Below, piece after piece: positions 41,616 through 51,793 of a stretch of DNA of 64,000 nucleotides. Below the pieces are notes generated by a model. That model was not told the origin of the DNA, did not search any database, and saw only the letters and a program-made list of their open reading frames with translations. A program made the translations under genes and the position numbers. The DNA comes from an uncultured delta proteobacterium (GTDB lineage Bacteria > Desulfobacterota > Desulfobacteria > Desulfobacterales > UBA5852). The DNA is taken from positions 39,735-103,734 of the forward strand of contig CAWKLN010000004.1 of assembly GCA_963850465.1 (NCBI GenBank), in the 5' to 3' direction. The stretch's first letter is position 1. Each line of letters begins with the position of its first letter.

Positions 41616-42239
41616 TCAAGCCTTGCGATGAAGCGATTGCGTGAGCGTTCCGGCCAGCAGGGTTCCCCCGATGGCCATGCACTCCATATCGAGAAACGCT
41701 TCGGCGGATCGGGGGAACATGATCGCACACTGGGCCGGAAACTCGCTGTCCCTGTCATTGAAACGCAAAAGCACGGGAATGCGCGGCAGAAAATCAAAGG
41801 TCAGGGAAATATCGTAAGACGATCCGTCATCGAAGGGCCGCCCTCCCAGGCCCTGGCAGGCCTTCGCCAGTCCGGCCGGGTTGCCGGTAAAAGCGGTCTC
41901 GATGATTTTCTGGGTATTGGCCGTAAAGTAGCCCACGAGGGGGCCGGCGTTGCGGAATTCACGATAGGTCATCCAGTCGCCGGCCAGCGGCACGGTGGCC
42001 GGACACTGGAGGATATAGCAGCACAGAACGACACTGATGGCAAAGTTGGCCTGGGCGCCGCCGGCATCCCTGACGCCGTCACGGGATATGGCATACGGCG
42101 TGCCGTAAACCGGAATGGTGAGCACCTCCCCCGCGATGTCAGCACCGAGGCGCTCGGCCCGCGACAAGAAGTCAATGGCGGCCAACTGGCGCAGGTAATT
42201 CTGATAGGTCGTTTCAAAAACAGCCGCTTTTTCTGACAT
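41616..42239 (-). CDS. DUF3786 domain protein
   Basis: The family assignment rests on overall pattern recall (YQNYLRQL...VPVYGTPY...FDFLPRIPVLLRFND.D.EFPA). I am moderately certain. Confidence 0.5.
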   Translation of the reverse strand: MSEKAAVFETTYQNYLRQLAAIDFLSRAERLGADIAGEVLTIPVYGTPYAISRDGVRDAGGAQANFAISVVLCCYILQCPATVPLAGDWMTYREFRNAGPLVGYFTANTQKIIETAFTGNPAGLAKACQGLGGRPFDDGSSYDISLTFDFLPRIPVLLRFNDRDSEFPAQCAIMFPRSAEAFLDMECMAIGGTLLAGTLTQSLHRKA

Positions 42240-42273
42240 CCTGTCCCCTCCCGATTCCTCTGATGTGGCGCCA

Positions 42274-42459
42274 CTAATCTGGCCCTGTTTTTTTCAGCTG
42301 TGCGATCTGTTGCATAATCGTATCGTACTCGTCTTCCAGGTCCAGGAGCAGATGCATGACGGGCGGCTTGACCGAGTGGGCCGGCAGGCGCCGTTGCGCC
42401 TCAGCGATCTCGACTTCGAGTTCTTTGAGCCTTTTCTGAAGTTCCGGGAGTGTTTTCAT
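42274..42459 (-). CDS. Small coiled-coil protein (61 aa)
   Basis: MKTLPELQKRLKELEVEIAEAQRR... lies directly upstream of the DUF3786 gene on the same strand. Confidence 0.45.
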   Translation of the reverse strand: MKTLPELQKRLKELEVEIAEAQRRLPAHSVKPPVMHLLLDLEDEYDTIMQQIAQLKKTGPD

Positions 42460-42523
42460 GCTGTTCTCCTGTCACTGCCAAAACGGCTGTGGCCTTCCGC
42501 GGACCAGGCCGTTCCGATTCATC

Positions 42524-42781
42524 TTAGGCCGCCGCCGATCCGTAGTCGATGCCCGCCGGCAGGACATGCTGCACCGAGTGGGCATGACACGGCGTTACGG
42601 CATACACCATCCGGCATTCCGGACATTGCGTTACCATGGTTTCCATGGCAAACTTATTTTGGCATTGGACACACTGTAGATTGAGGGGAACCGTCAATGG
42701 AATGGTATCATATCCCATCATGCGGACCTTGTCGGCAACCTGCTGTCCGTTTCCAAATTGACCTGAGCATCCTTCATGCAT
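42524..42781 (-). CDS. Small zinc-ribbon protein (85 aa)
   Basis: GGGAGGG precedes ATG 42781. It has a CVQC...CPEC pair plus a C-terminal Cys/His. Confidence 0.45.
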   Translation of the reverse strand: MHEGCSGQFGNGQQVADKVRMMGYDTIPLTVPLNLQCVQCQNKFAMETMVTQCPECRMVYAVTPCHAHSVQHVLPAGIDYGSAAA

Positions 42782-43246
42782 CTGTTGACCCTCCCATGAA
42801 TCTTTTAAATATTTTTTATTCGTATAGCGCAAGGCGTTGGATCGTGCCGTGATTCGATCGATGCTTCGTCTCTTAACACGCAACGTGGCCCTAAATCATT
42901 GTTCTAAGTCAATTGTCGCCCGGTATGGTTCTGTTTTTTTGGTAATGGACATGTTAACTAAGATTGACTAGAATCTGTCTCAAAAAAGTCTAAGTGCCCC
43001 TGGCGGTGTTGGCCGTAAACGGCACCCCTCATCGATTTTTCGTATATCGGTGAATTGCGAACCGGCTCAAAATGCTCACATACTGCGTGTATGCTCCGCT
43101 TTTTCGCCGTTTCGCGCCTTGCCAGGAACTCTAATCCTTATTTTGAGATTGGTTCTAAAGCCATTGAATTCCGGGGCGATAATACTTTTGAATGAAGTAT
43201 TTTTGCGCTCGGCTAACCATTTACGCCGCGAAGGTGAGGCCTGTTT

Positions 43247-44248
43247 TTGGACCATTTGAAACAAACCATCATATCGATCGTTTTGTTCATTGCGCTTCTG
43301 GCCACGGGCTCAGGGGGCTACATGGCCATCGAAGGATGGGATTTCTTCGACGCCCTCTACATGACGGTTATCACCATTGCCACGGTGGGCTTCGGCGAAG
43401 TTCACATTATCAGCTCCGCCGGGCGCGTGTTTACACTGGTTCTGATTTTTCTGGGGGTTGGCTATTTTCTGTATGTGGTGGGCAATTTTATCCAGTTTCT
43501 GGTGGAAGGACGCATTCGCTACGTCCTGGGGAGACGCAAATTGGATCGACAAATCAATAAACTGAAGGATCACTACATCATATGCGGATATGGGCGTATG
43601 GGACGGGCGCTGGCCCGTTTTCTCATCCAGCGTTATCTGGACGTGGTGGTCATCGAACAGAATCAGGCCCGCACACCGGTCATGGACGAAGACGGCATTC
43701 TCTACCTGGTGGGGGCGGCCACGGATGAAAACCTCCTTATCCGCGCCGGTATCGAGCGGGCCCGCGGCCTGATCACGGTGGTCGGCAGCGATGCCGACAA
43801 TGTGTTCCTGGTGCTGCTGGCCCGCCAGATGAATCCCAATATCTTTATCGTGGCTCGGGCCGTCATGAACTCGGCCAAACGCACCCTGACCGCCGCCGGG
43901 GCCAACAAGGTCGTTTCACCATACGATCTTGGTGCCAGACGCATGGCCCATGCCATCTTGCGCCCCACGGTCATCGAGTTTCTGGAGATGGCCTTTGCCG
44001 ACGAGACGACGGACATCGAGGTCGAAGAAATCACCATCAAACCGAATTCGCAAGTCGTGCGCCGAACGCTTTACGAATCCGAGATCCGCCCGAAATACGG
44101 GGTGATGATTATCTCCATCAAAAAAAGCGATGGACAGATGGTGTTCAATCCCGACGCCGATACCCTGCTGGAAAGCAATGACATTCTGGTCGTTGTGGGA
44201 GGGGCCGCCAATATCAAGGCATTGGGAAAATTGCTGGCGCCGCTGTAG
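43247..44248 (+). CDS. Two-TM potassium channel with RCK (TrkA-N/TrkA-C) domains
   Basis: The selectivity filter is TIATVGFGEV. The Rossmann motif is IICGYGRMGRAL, followed by a C-terminal TrkA-C-like segment. The start is TTG. Confidence 0.85.
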   Translation: MDHLKQTIISIVLFIALLATGSGGYMAIEGWDFFDALYMTVITIATVGFGEVHIISSAGRVFTLVLIFLGVGYFLYVVGNFIQFLVEGRIRYVLGRRKLDRQINKLKDHYIICGYGRMGRALARFLIQRYLDVVVIEQNQARTPVMDEDGILYLVGAATDENLLIRAGIERARGLITVVGSDADNVFLVLLARQMNPNIFIVARAVMNSAKRTLTAAGANKVVSPYDLGARRMAHAILRPTVIEFLEMAFADETTDIEVEEITIKPNSQVVRRTLYESEIRPKYGVMIISIKKSDGQMVFNPDADTLLESNDILVVVGGAANIKALGKLLAPL

Positions 44249-44941
44249 ACGGACCGACGAAGCTGTCAATCATCGCCTGATCGGTTGCGATGGTCATGAC
44301 ATCGCCGCGTTGAAACGCCAAGCATTTTTTTGTTTAAGCCCGACGCGCGCTTCCTGACATTTCTAACCCCCCGCCGCTCTGTAGATGACGGCCTTCGGCC
44401 CATCTTTCACTTGTATCCACCATGAAAGACACCCTCGACTCCGGTGACGATGCCTTGCATCAGCGGCTTCGGGTATTTCTGTCTCTGTGAAAAATTCGAG
44501 CGGCGTGACCGGAACCCGGCGACGGATGACAAGAGATTGTTGCCGCCAACAGTAGCCTCATCTTCCATTGTGTTGTTTCCTTTCCTTAGCATAGGCTCTT
44601 CGATAGTGAGTAGTGGGGATCTTTATTGGTCAATAAATATGACTTGATGATGCAATGGTAATGGGTTATGGCACATAATGTTCCTGCCTTTCTGCCTACG
44701 CTAAAGCTATCATTTCAATGAGGTCACAGCTATGATACCGGATGAACTTGAAGCGTATAAGACCATGCCATTACGCACTGTTGTTGCACACACATCAAAT
44801 GCTGAAGATGACGAACGTGGCCAAGCAGGGAGGCGACCGAAGGCGATTGCGACCAATGCTTGATACTGCAAGCGATTCCCTGTATAAATAGCAGGGGGGA
44901 TCTATATTCATTTATTAAGCAACAATGAACGGAGACTGAGT

Positions 44942-45364
44942 GTGGGTTTTTTTAAATCGTCCAGGAATTCGTCGATCGATCTTCTCAAGGGTAAGGAAGC
45001 ATTCCAGCAGGCCATCGCGAAGGAGCGCTATCGGTCGGACCGCAGCGACCACAAATATTCGCTCCTGATCATATCGCTGGCGATCAAAAGCGAAGAAGAC
45101 GAGCGCATTGGGAGGGCCATCGCCACGATCCGCAAGCGCATCCGGGCCATCGACGAAATCGGCTGGTACGAAGAGAACCAGTTGGGCATTATTCTTCCCT
45201 ACACTTCCATGACGGGGGCCGAGCTTCTGGCAGGCGAAATCTACGACATCATCACCACCTACTTGGAGCCAGCCGAGTGTCGGGCCTACGAGCTTTTTTG
45301 TTATGATCCGGAAACGGTCCCGGAAGCCGGAATGCCAACATGGAAGAAAAACCTGAAGGAATGA
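44942..45364 (+). CDS. Degenerate GGDEF-like domain protein
   Basis: YSLLIISLAIKSEEDE...IGWYEENQLGIILPYTSMTGAELLAGEI keeps the GGDEF fold pattern, but the signature is replaced by YEENQ. The start is GTG after GGAG. Confidence 0.4.
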   Translation: MGFFKSSRNSSIDLLKGKEAFQQAIAKERYRSDRSDHKYSLLIISLAIKSEEDERIGRAIATIRKRIRAIDEIGWYEENQLGIILPYTSMTGAELLAGEIYDIITTYLEPAECRAYELFCYDPETVPEAGMPTWKKNLKE

Positions 45365-45529
45365 GCTCTCCGCGACTTCCCCGTCGGTTTCTGATGGTAT
45401 AAGTACAGATATGCAAAACTTATTTCAATAAGAAGGGTGCGGCATGCAATTTCCAACAACCAGCCCCACTTCTCGCGTCAGGGAGGTGGGGTTTTGTGTT
45501 TTTGAGCACATTGATTCGGAGAGGTGACT

Positions 45530-45943
45530 ATGTTCTACAGATTCAACTTCTTTGAAGATAGAGCGCTATTGAAAGTTATGATTTATGGACAAGCGGACCA
45601 GCAGAGCATGCGGTCCAGAATCTCCTTGTTAGCCAACGATCACCGATGGAAACGCGAATACAAGCTACTAATCGATTATTCCGGTGTCACGGTGATCGAT
45701 TCGCCGAAGGAGTTTTGCGATACCCTCAGAGGTCTATTGAATGAAATCCCGGAGGAAAGACTCCCGGTTGCAATTGCGTACGTATTCCCGGACCGCCTTT
45801 TCTGCCAGTGCTTTGACGCTACCCATTCTGTGCACAGCATCAAGGCAAGGTGCAAAGTCAGCTTTTTCAGGCAAGAAGAGGCAGCCATCGACTGGCTTGA
45901 AAAACTGGCTGATGAAAGCATTGCCGCAGAAGAGCTACCCTGA
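45530..45943 (+). CDS. Hypothetical protein
   Basis: GGAGAGG precedes ATG 45530. The ORF lies in the low-GC islet and I recognise no family. Confidence 0.4.
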   Translation: MFYRFNFFEDRALLKVMIYGQADQQSMRSRISLLANDHRWKREYKLLIDYSGVTVIDSPKEFCDTLRGLLNEIPEERLPVAIAYVFPDRLFCQCFDATHSVHSIKARCKVSFFRQEEAAIDWLEKLADESIAAEELP

Positions 45944-46742
45944 AATCGTGAACCCTGACAGATCAAATTGAACTTCGGTCCTGCGCATCAACTGTTCCAC
46001 TAAATAAACCCATGAATTGATAATCTCATGATATCGGCATTTTATATGTAATCGAGATTCGATAATTAGTTTCTGGCAAGGTAAACACAGCGTTTGGCAG
46101 CCCTGTTTGCCGTGGGATAGTTTCAATCCATCTGTAATTGAGTGATACCTTCGGATTATCATGTTTACAGGCGTTCGCCAGGCGACCTACACCAACTTAA
46201 AGGCCAAAATATTTACCGGGTCATGCAACCGGTAATAGAAAACGACGGCCTGGACGATGTTGCCCGCCAACAAGCCTACTCCAAGCTTGCAGTGGGGGTG
46301 ACCAAATGAGAGACCGATATTGCCAATCACCTTTCGCATGATTAGCTTGCTGTCGAAAGCTTTTACGACGACACCACGGTAAGGTTGTAAGATCTTTTTG
46401 TAGCGACCTCCACCCACCACACCGAATTTAATGCCCACCTCCTCCGCTACGATTACGACATGCTCTGCGGCGAGTTACGTAAGCCGGGTTAAGAGCCGCC
46501 ACCCGATTGGCAAAATTGGGTGCGCGAGCACGGTACGCATGCCTTCCCATTCTGCAAATTGGCAGGGGAGTAGTTAAGGGCAAAGCCACCGGCCGCATTT
46601 CAAAGCGCAACGGCATGGTTGAGCGTGCTATCACTTATAATTTCCGATGTACGCGGTGTTAGGACATGCGGGCATCGTATGACACCAATAGGCTGCCCAA
46701 CGGATTGCGCCCGTTTAAGGGCCGGAAGGTAAAGGTGACCGG

Positions 46743-47183
46743 ATGAAGAACAATTTCCAACATGCGGCCGTTAGGGCAGGTATCGGCATGGTGGGCCTGG
46801 GCCTATTGATAGGGCTTTTGACTTTGACCCCGGTTAAGGCGGAGCAAAGCCGGCAACAAAGAAATTCCGTTGGTGGGTGGGATACCAATGAGGGCGCGAT
46901 TATGCCCCTTGCCAATGGCCGTATACGCTTACCAGACGGTGGAATTTGCCGTCCAGATGGTGAGGGTGGGTGGTATTGCCCAAGCGGCCATTACACGCCC
47001 CAGGCCGGTGGTGGTAGCACGACGACCAAAAAGTCGGGCCTTACAGCCACACCAAACGACCAAGGGGGGTATGACACGCCTAAAGGGCCGGTTGCGAGGG
47101 ATGGCTATGGTGGGTATGTTAAGCCCTCGGGCGTGTATATTTTGCCACGTAGCGCAACTGGGGAGAGCATTGTGGAGGATTAA
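46743..47183 (+). CDS. Secreted Gly-rich protein with repeated GG[WY] motifs
   Basis: AAGGTG precedes ATG 46743. It has a signal peptide and the repeats GGWDT, GGWYCP, GGYDTPKG and GGYVKPSG. Confidence 0.5.
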   Translation: MKNNFQHAAVRAGIGMVGLGLLIGLLTLTPVKAEQSRQQRNSVGGWDTNEGAIMPLANGRIRLPDGGICRPDGEGGWYCPSGHYTPQAGGGSTTTKKSGLTATPNDQGGYDTPKGPVARDGYGGYVKPSGVYILPRSATGESIVED

Positions 47184-47207
47184 GCAAACCCAATAGCATC
47201 AAGGGGC

Positions 47208-47234
47208 GGTGCCACCATGGGCCACCCTTTTTTT
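47208..47234 (+). terminator. Probable intrinsic terminator
   Basis: An imperfect hairpin GGTGCCACCATGGGCCACC is followed by C and T7. Confidence 0.45.
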
Positions 47235-47468
47235 ATCCAAAAAATCCAACAATGAAAATGATTTATTACATATCCCTTCTGCTATCTGCTACTCCACACA
47301 GGCTTTTATTTAACCGTAAAACGTGTCGTACCTCCAACCTGCAAAATAACCCGATTAATTGTATCCTTTATGCTCCCGCACTTATCAAAACGCCCCATTA
47401 TTTGTGATGGACAATCCATATCCAATCGAAAGCAGGGTGAACCCGGCACTGAAATCTGCCCCTCGGGT

Positions 47469-47639
47469 CTACCCAAAAATGTTTTCAATCCACCTGATCG
47501 CCGCCACATCGCTGATGGTTTCCAGATACCGTTGTGTTGTTGACATGTTCGCTTGTCGCCGGATGACCTTGCGTGCGATTTCGATCGGAACACCGGATTA
47601 TGCGGCGCCAGTCGCTGTATGTTGTCGCAGGTCATGATG
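47469..47639 (-). pseudogene. Tyrosine recombinase/integrase C-terminal remnant
   Basis: The minus-strand frame gives HHDLRQHTATGAA*SGVPIEIARKVIRRQANMSTTQRYLETI.... This carries box II (HDLR..T, catalytic Y) with an internal TAA, and a stop immediately upstream. Confidence 0.7.
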
Positions 47640-47766
47640 GTCGGATTTGACGCGTCATTCAATCGACCCCATCTTTACGGTTCATTGCCGGCAGATCATT
47701 ATAATGACGACGAGGGGTAAATACCCCTGACGCCCATTATCTTATGAATTATCAAGGGGTTTACAT

Positions 47767-49864
47767 ATGGATTCGTCAATGTCCAAATTGCCCGCAGCGC
47801 TTCGCAGCACGCTGGAGCGAATCCGCTTGGCAACCGAACAAAAAAAAAGTTATGGAAAAAGCGATCATGAAGTCGATTCAACAGGCGCGCCTCATCGAGG
47901 CGACCGAATACTGTCGATGCTGAACGAATGGCTTCTGGACGACGAGCAGAAACACGCCTTGCGGCGGGAAACCCAGGATCTTTTTTACCTGTATGCCGCT
48001 GCATATCTATGCGGCATCTGGCTTGGTCGAGGAAGTATATGACGAATTGTCATCTGCCCCTTTCGATGATGGGCGATCGTACTTGCGATCGACGGGTAAC
48101 ACTATTCACGCGTCTATCCGCAAACAGTGGGCGGTCCTCGGTATCGCGAGCCAGCACCAGGCTGAAATTCTGGCCGGTGTTTGTCGGGCAGCCGTCGGGG
48201 AACGCTTTGAAAAATCGGATCTTTGGGTGGATGACCGCGCCGATGATATCGAATCGAAGCTCAACCTGCCCCTGATCGTCGCCGGCATACAATTGGCACT
48301 TGCCCTCGATCTGAAATCGAAGACAACGCTGCATCTTATCCGGCGCTTCATACCCGACGGCCGATCCTACGGTCCCTCGAAATTGTCCACCGGTTTCAAT
48401 GTGCTCGCTATGGGGGCGCATCCTTTCTTCCCGGGAACGATCCAGATTAAAATCCACTGTTGCGATCCTGAAGTCCACCGTGCGCTGAAACACCACGAGC
48501 GAAGCATGCAACGCCTGTTGCAGCGGCTCAGCGCCCGGGTTAACCCGCGCTTTCTTTTCTCCGATGTGATGTACGAGATCGAGGCGGACGGATACACACC
48601 CGTCGATATGAAGTTTGTGGTCGACTCTTCGGCGGCCCTGCAGCTTTTTACCGGCAATCGGTTATACGCCGACAAACGCACGTTTTTGCGGGAACTCATC
48701 CAGAACGCGATTGACGCATGCCAGTTGAAGAAAATGACGGACCCGGATTACGTGCCCGAAATCGGCTTTGACTTCAATGAGGACATCAGCAGTGTAACGA
48801 TCCGCGACAATGGGGTCGGAATGGACCGGCAGTGGCTTGAGAAGTATTTTCTCAAAATCGGCATTTCGTTTTACCAGTCGGATGAAATCCGGCGCATCAA
48901 CCGCGATGCACGGATCGATGTCAACTTTATCAGCCAATTCGGCATCGGGTTTCTGTCAAGTTTTCTGGTGGCGGACAAAATCGTGATACGGACACGCAAA
49001 CCGCCCGCCCGCGGCCTGCTGATCACGATTACCAATCTGCGCGATTATTTCGATGTTCGCTTTCTGGACGATCAAACTCCCGCCGGAACCGAGGTGACGC
49101 TGCATCTGAAACCTTCACGCATAAACTATTGCCGGAGCCTGGAGTTCGTGGGATATTTGAAAACGAATATCCGATTTCTCAAAGTGCCCGTGAATCTCAC
49201 CGATGAGAAGGGGCGCACATCCTTGATCGGGATGGAGCGGCTGGCTTACGAACGTGATGAAAAGCGGGGTGTCGATTTTGTCGCTTCCCTGGATTTCGTC
49301 AGTTCGGAAGGCTATCTTCTGTTGAAGGCCATAAAGCAAACGGATTATATCCAGGCGGTTGAAAGCGCCCACGGTGGCATCGCCGTATTTCAGGACGGTA
49401 TCTTTGTTACGCAGTTGGATAGCCTGCTGCCGGAAGGCGCCCGCCAGAACGTGATCGGCCGCATCAACCTCCTGGGGCAGGAACGATGCGAGCTCAGCAT
49501 GGATCGCAATCGCATTTTCTGGACGGAAAATCAGCTTAACGCCATCAAACGGCGGATTCGCCACGGGCTGGTGGCCGTCGTGGACCAGTTCATGACAGCA
49601 GTCGACGGGCAGGATATGCCGGAAAGCACCCGCACAAGCATCATCAACCACCTGGCCATCTTTTTCGATTTCAATACGGTCGACGACGACATGTATGACC
49701 GGATCCCCCGACCCATTCGAACCATTATCGATAAGCGTTTTCGCGATTTTATCCGGGTTCACTATGCCCATACCCATCCGTCGGACGGGTTACCCGGTGG
49801 GGATGAATACGGTCAAGGCTGGCAGCAGCATGTTTTAGAATCGTTTGTGCGCAAAGCCGGCTGA
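47767..49864 (+). CDS. Hsp90-like GHKL ATPase with a long N-terminal region, apparently split by a +1 frame change near 48000
   Basis: The Bergerat motifs are FLRELIQNAIDAC, IRDNGVGMD and ISQFGIGFLSSF. ORFs 47767-48042 and 47993-49864 overlap by 50 nt in adjacent frames. Only the upstream ORF has an SD-like AAGGGG. Confidence 0.65.
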
Positions 49865-49904
49865 TCTATTATCCTGGTATGATATTGTGCCGACAGGAGC
49901 CGAC

Positions 49905-50198
49905 ATGACCTTTGAAGAATTCACCCGCAGCATCGCGCAGAACGACACGCCCGGTCCCGAACTTTCCGAAACGCTGACGTCGCTCTGGTGGGACCGCAAG
50001 GGGAATTGGGATCGCGCCCATTCGATCGCCCAGGACATCCCCACGGTCCAGGGCAGCGCCGTGCATGCCTACCTGCACCGCGAAGAAGGCGTCCTGTGGA
50101 ACGCGGACTACTGGTATCGCCGTGCCGGTCGGCAACGACCGGCATTCTCTTTAGCGGCGGAATGGGAGGCGCTGACGCGGGAGATGCTGGCGGATTAG
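49905..50198 (+). CDS. Small hypothetical protein (97 aa)
   Basis: The composition is protein-like (MTFEEFTRSIAQ...AVHAYLHREEG..ADYWYRRAG). Confidence 0.5.
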   Translation: MTFEEFTRSIAQNDTPGPELSETLTSLWWDRKGNWDRAHSIAQDIPTVQGSAVHAYLHREEGVLWNADYWYRRAGRQRPAFSLAAEWEALTREMLAD

Positions 50199-50814
50199 TT
50201 TGTCCTATACCCTCCACCACGGTTGGAGGACCAGGAGAGATCTTACCGATCCGGGGTGTTGTTTTTGGGATTGTTTCTTCATTTTCTTTCACGTGAAGAA
50301 AACGAAGCAAAAGAAAACGCCCGTGTCCCGCGTATCCTGCGCGTCGCCAAACCGGGCGATGAAGCGGCGCCTCGTGCCGCCATGCGGCGTTGGCCGCCTA
50401 CGCGGCATTCCTCATCTGTTTTTTTATAATCGGTGAGTCACCGGCTTGCTCGGGTGCTCACAATCTGGCGATTGCTGCGCGTCTCGCTTCGCTTGGCGCC
50501 TTGCCTGACAACACGATGCTTGCTGCATCGCCCGGTTTATGCGGCCGGAGCACGCGGAAACTCACCCGCCTTTCGGCGGGCTCAGACAGTCCGCGCGCTT
50601 TTTCCCGCCCGCCGCGTCGATGCTCGGCGCGGGACAAAAGGGGAAAAACCAAAAATACAAAAACCGTTTTCAACCCCCTTTGCGGGGACTACCTGAGGCC
50701 TCCCGCTCGGCGGGAGGAGCCTCACACTCATAGGGGGATTGTTTTGCCGGACACCGGTAAGCGACATGGACGGCCCGTGGGGGCGCGGAATTAAGACGAT
50801 ACCGATCGAACTTT

Positions 50815-51669
50815 ATGATTGTTGATGACATACATGCGGTCGCAGAAAGTGCTGGTGAAGATCCCCCGGCGGTTTATCTTTGCCAGGTGAGCGAAGGGGT
50901 GTCCTGTGGGGCCTGCTGCGGGTTGTATAATGTGGCGAATTTTTCCCGGGCCGCTCTTGAAGATCGGTTGGCCCGGCGCACGCAACGCTTTGCCGCGGTC
51001 TTCCGGACGGAAGACGGGATCGAACAGTTCCGCCGTGAAATAGAAGGGTGGACTCCCGAAGAAAAGCCTTTTCCGCACTTTCACCACTGTCCCTTCCTGG
51101 GGTTGATCGGAGCCGCCCGCACCCGTGCGGGGTGTCTCCTGCACCCGGCGGTACCCGGTAATGACGGCCGCGATTTTCGTTATTTGAGCTATTACGGGGC
51201 CAAAGCCTGCCGGTCCTATTTCTGCCCCACCACACGATCGCTGCCCGCGCGTCATCTGCATATCCTCCGGACGTTGTGGGACGATTGGTATCCATACGGT
51301 TTGATCATTACCGAGCATCCCCTGCTGAACGCCATCTTCACGGCGTTGGAGAAGCAAATTGCCCGTCCGTTGGATCCGGACGATTTCCCGGCACATTCGA
51401 AAGCCTCCCGGCGCCTGCGCGAATTGGTGGAATTGAAATTGTCCTGGCCTTATCGATGTGCCGATGCACCCGGACCGTGCCATTTCTTTTTTGAAAACGG
51501 CCTTTACCCCCGTCCTGAAATCCATTGGCCTTCCAGCGCCAGACCGGGTTGGCCCGATCAAACCATTTTTCGGGAGCTGGAATCTTGTTTTGTCTCGCAG
51601 AAAGATGTGTTTCAGGCGGAAAAGCGGCTGCGTGATCTTTTCTCCCGGATTTCGGAAGTGCTGGATTGA
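50815..51669 (+). CDS. YkgJ-like cysteine-cluster (CxxCxxCC) protein
   Basis: The YkgJ/UPF0153-type motif is C-GACCGLYN (SCGACCGLYNV), with later HHCPF and CRSYFCP clusters. The antisense 295-aa ORF is an Arg/Gly/Pro-rich shadow. Confidence 0.55.
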   Translation: MIVDDIHAVAESAGEDPPAVYLCQVSEGVSCGACCGLYNVANFSRAALEDRLARRTQRFAAVFRTEDGIEQFRREIEGWTPEEKPFPHFHHCPFLGLIGAARTRAGCLLHPAVPGNDGRDFRYLSYYGAKACRSYFCPTTRSLPARHLHILRTLWDDWYPYGLIITEHPLLNAIFTALEKQIARPLDPDDFPAHSKASRRLRELVELKLSWPYRCADAPGPCHFFFENGLYPRPEIHWPSSARPGWPDQTIFRELESCFVSQKDVFQAEKRLRDLFSRISEVLD

Positions 51670-51793
51670 CCGCCACACGTCAGAAAGACAGTTGATTCAT
51701 GTCGCGGTGCGGTGCTAAGTGCCAGCCTCCGGTATGAGCGCTTTGGCCTGCCGTGACCATCGCCGCTGATTGAGAAAGGATGCCCGCGAACCA

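Noticed and set aside
44407-44592. A small minus-strand ORF with a strong AAGGAAAGGA Shine-Dalgarno (MEDEATVGGNNLLSSVAGFRSRR...), and a TrkA-C-like fragment (LAFQRGDVMTIATDQAMIDSFVG) near 44210-44320.
   Set aside because: The fragments lie in different frames with stops between them, and one overlaps the end of the K+ channel gene. They look like debris of a decayed transporter gene and cannot be supported as a feature.
46187-46438. An 83-aa minus-strand ORF with a beta-barrel-like Gly/aromatic pattern (GIKFGVVGGG...IGLSFG...).
   Set aside because: It has no upstream continuation in any frame, no signal peptide and no Shine-Dalgarno, and the surrounding DNA is low-GC debris. This is insufficient support.
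47993-48042. I tried to read an HD-domain motif (..AAxLHDIG..) across the frame junction of the GHKL gene.
   Set aside because: Neither frame nor any single-base repair yields His-Asp at that position (LYAAAYLCGI / PLHIYAASGLV). The N-terminal region stays unassigned.
50636-50725. A TTCAA-containing loop and neighbouring hairpins were considered as a possible tRNA-Sec or other tRNA.
   Set aside because: No acceptor-stem/T-arm geometry can be drawn. The helices are isolated hairpins separated by an A-rich linker.
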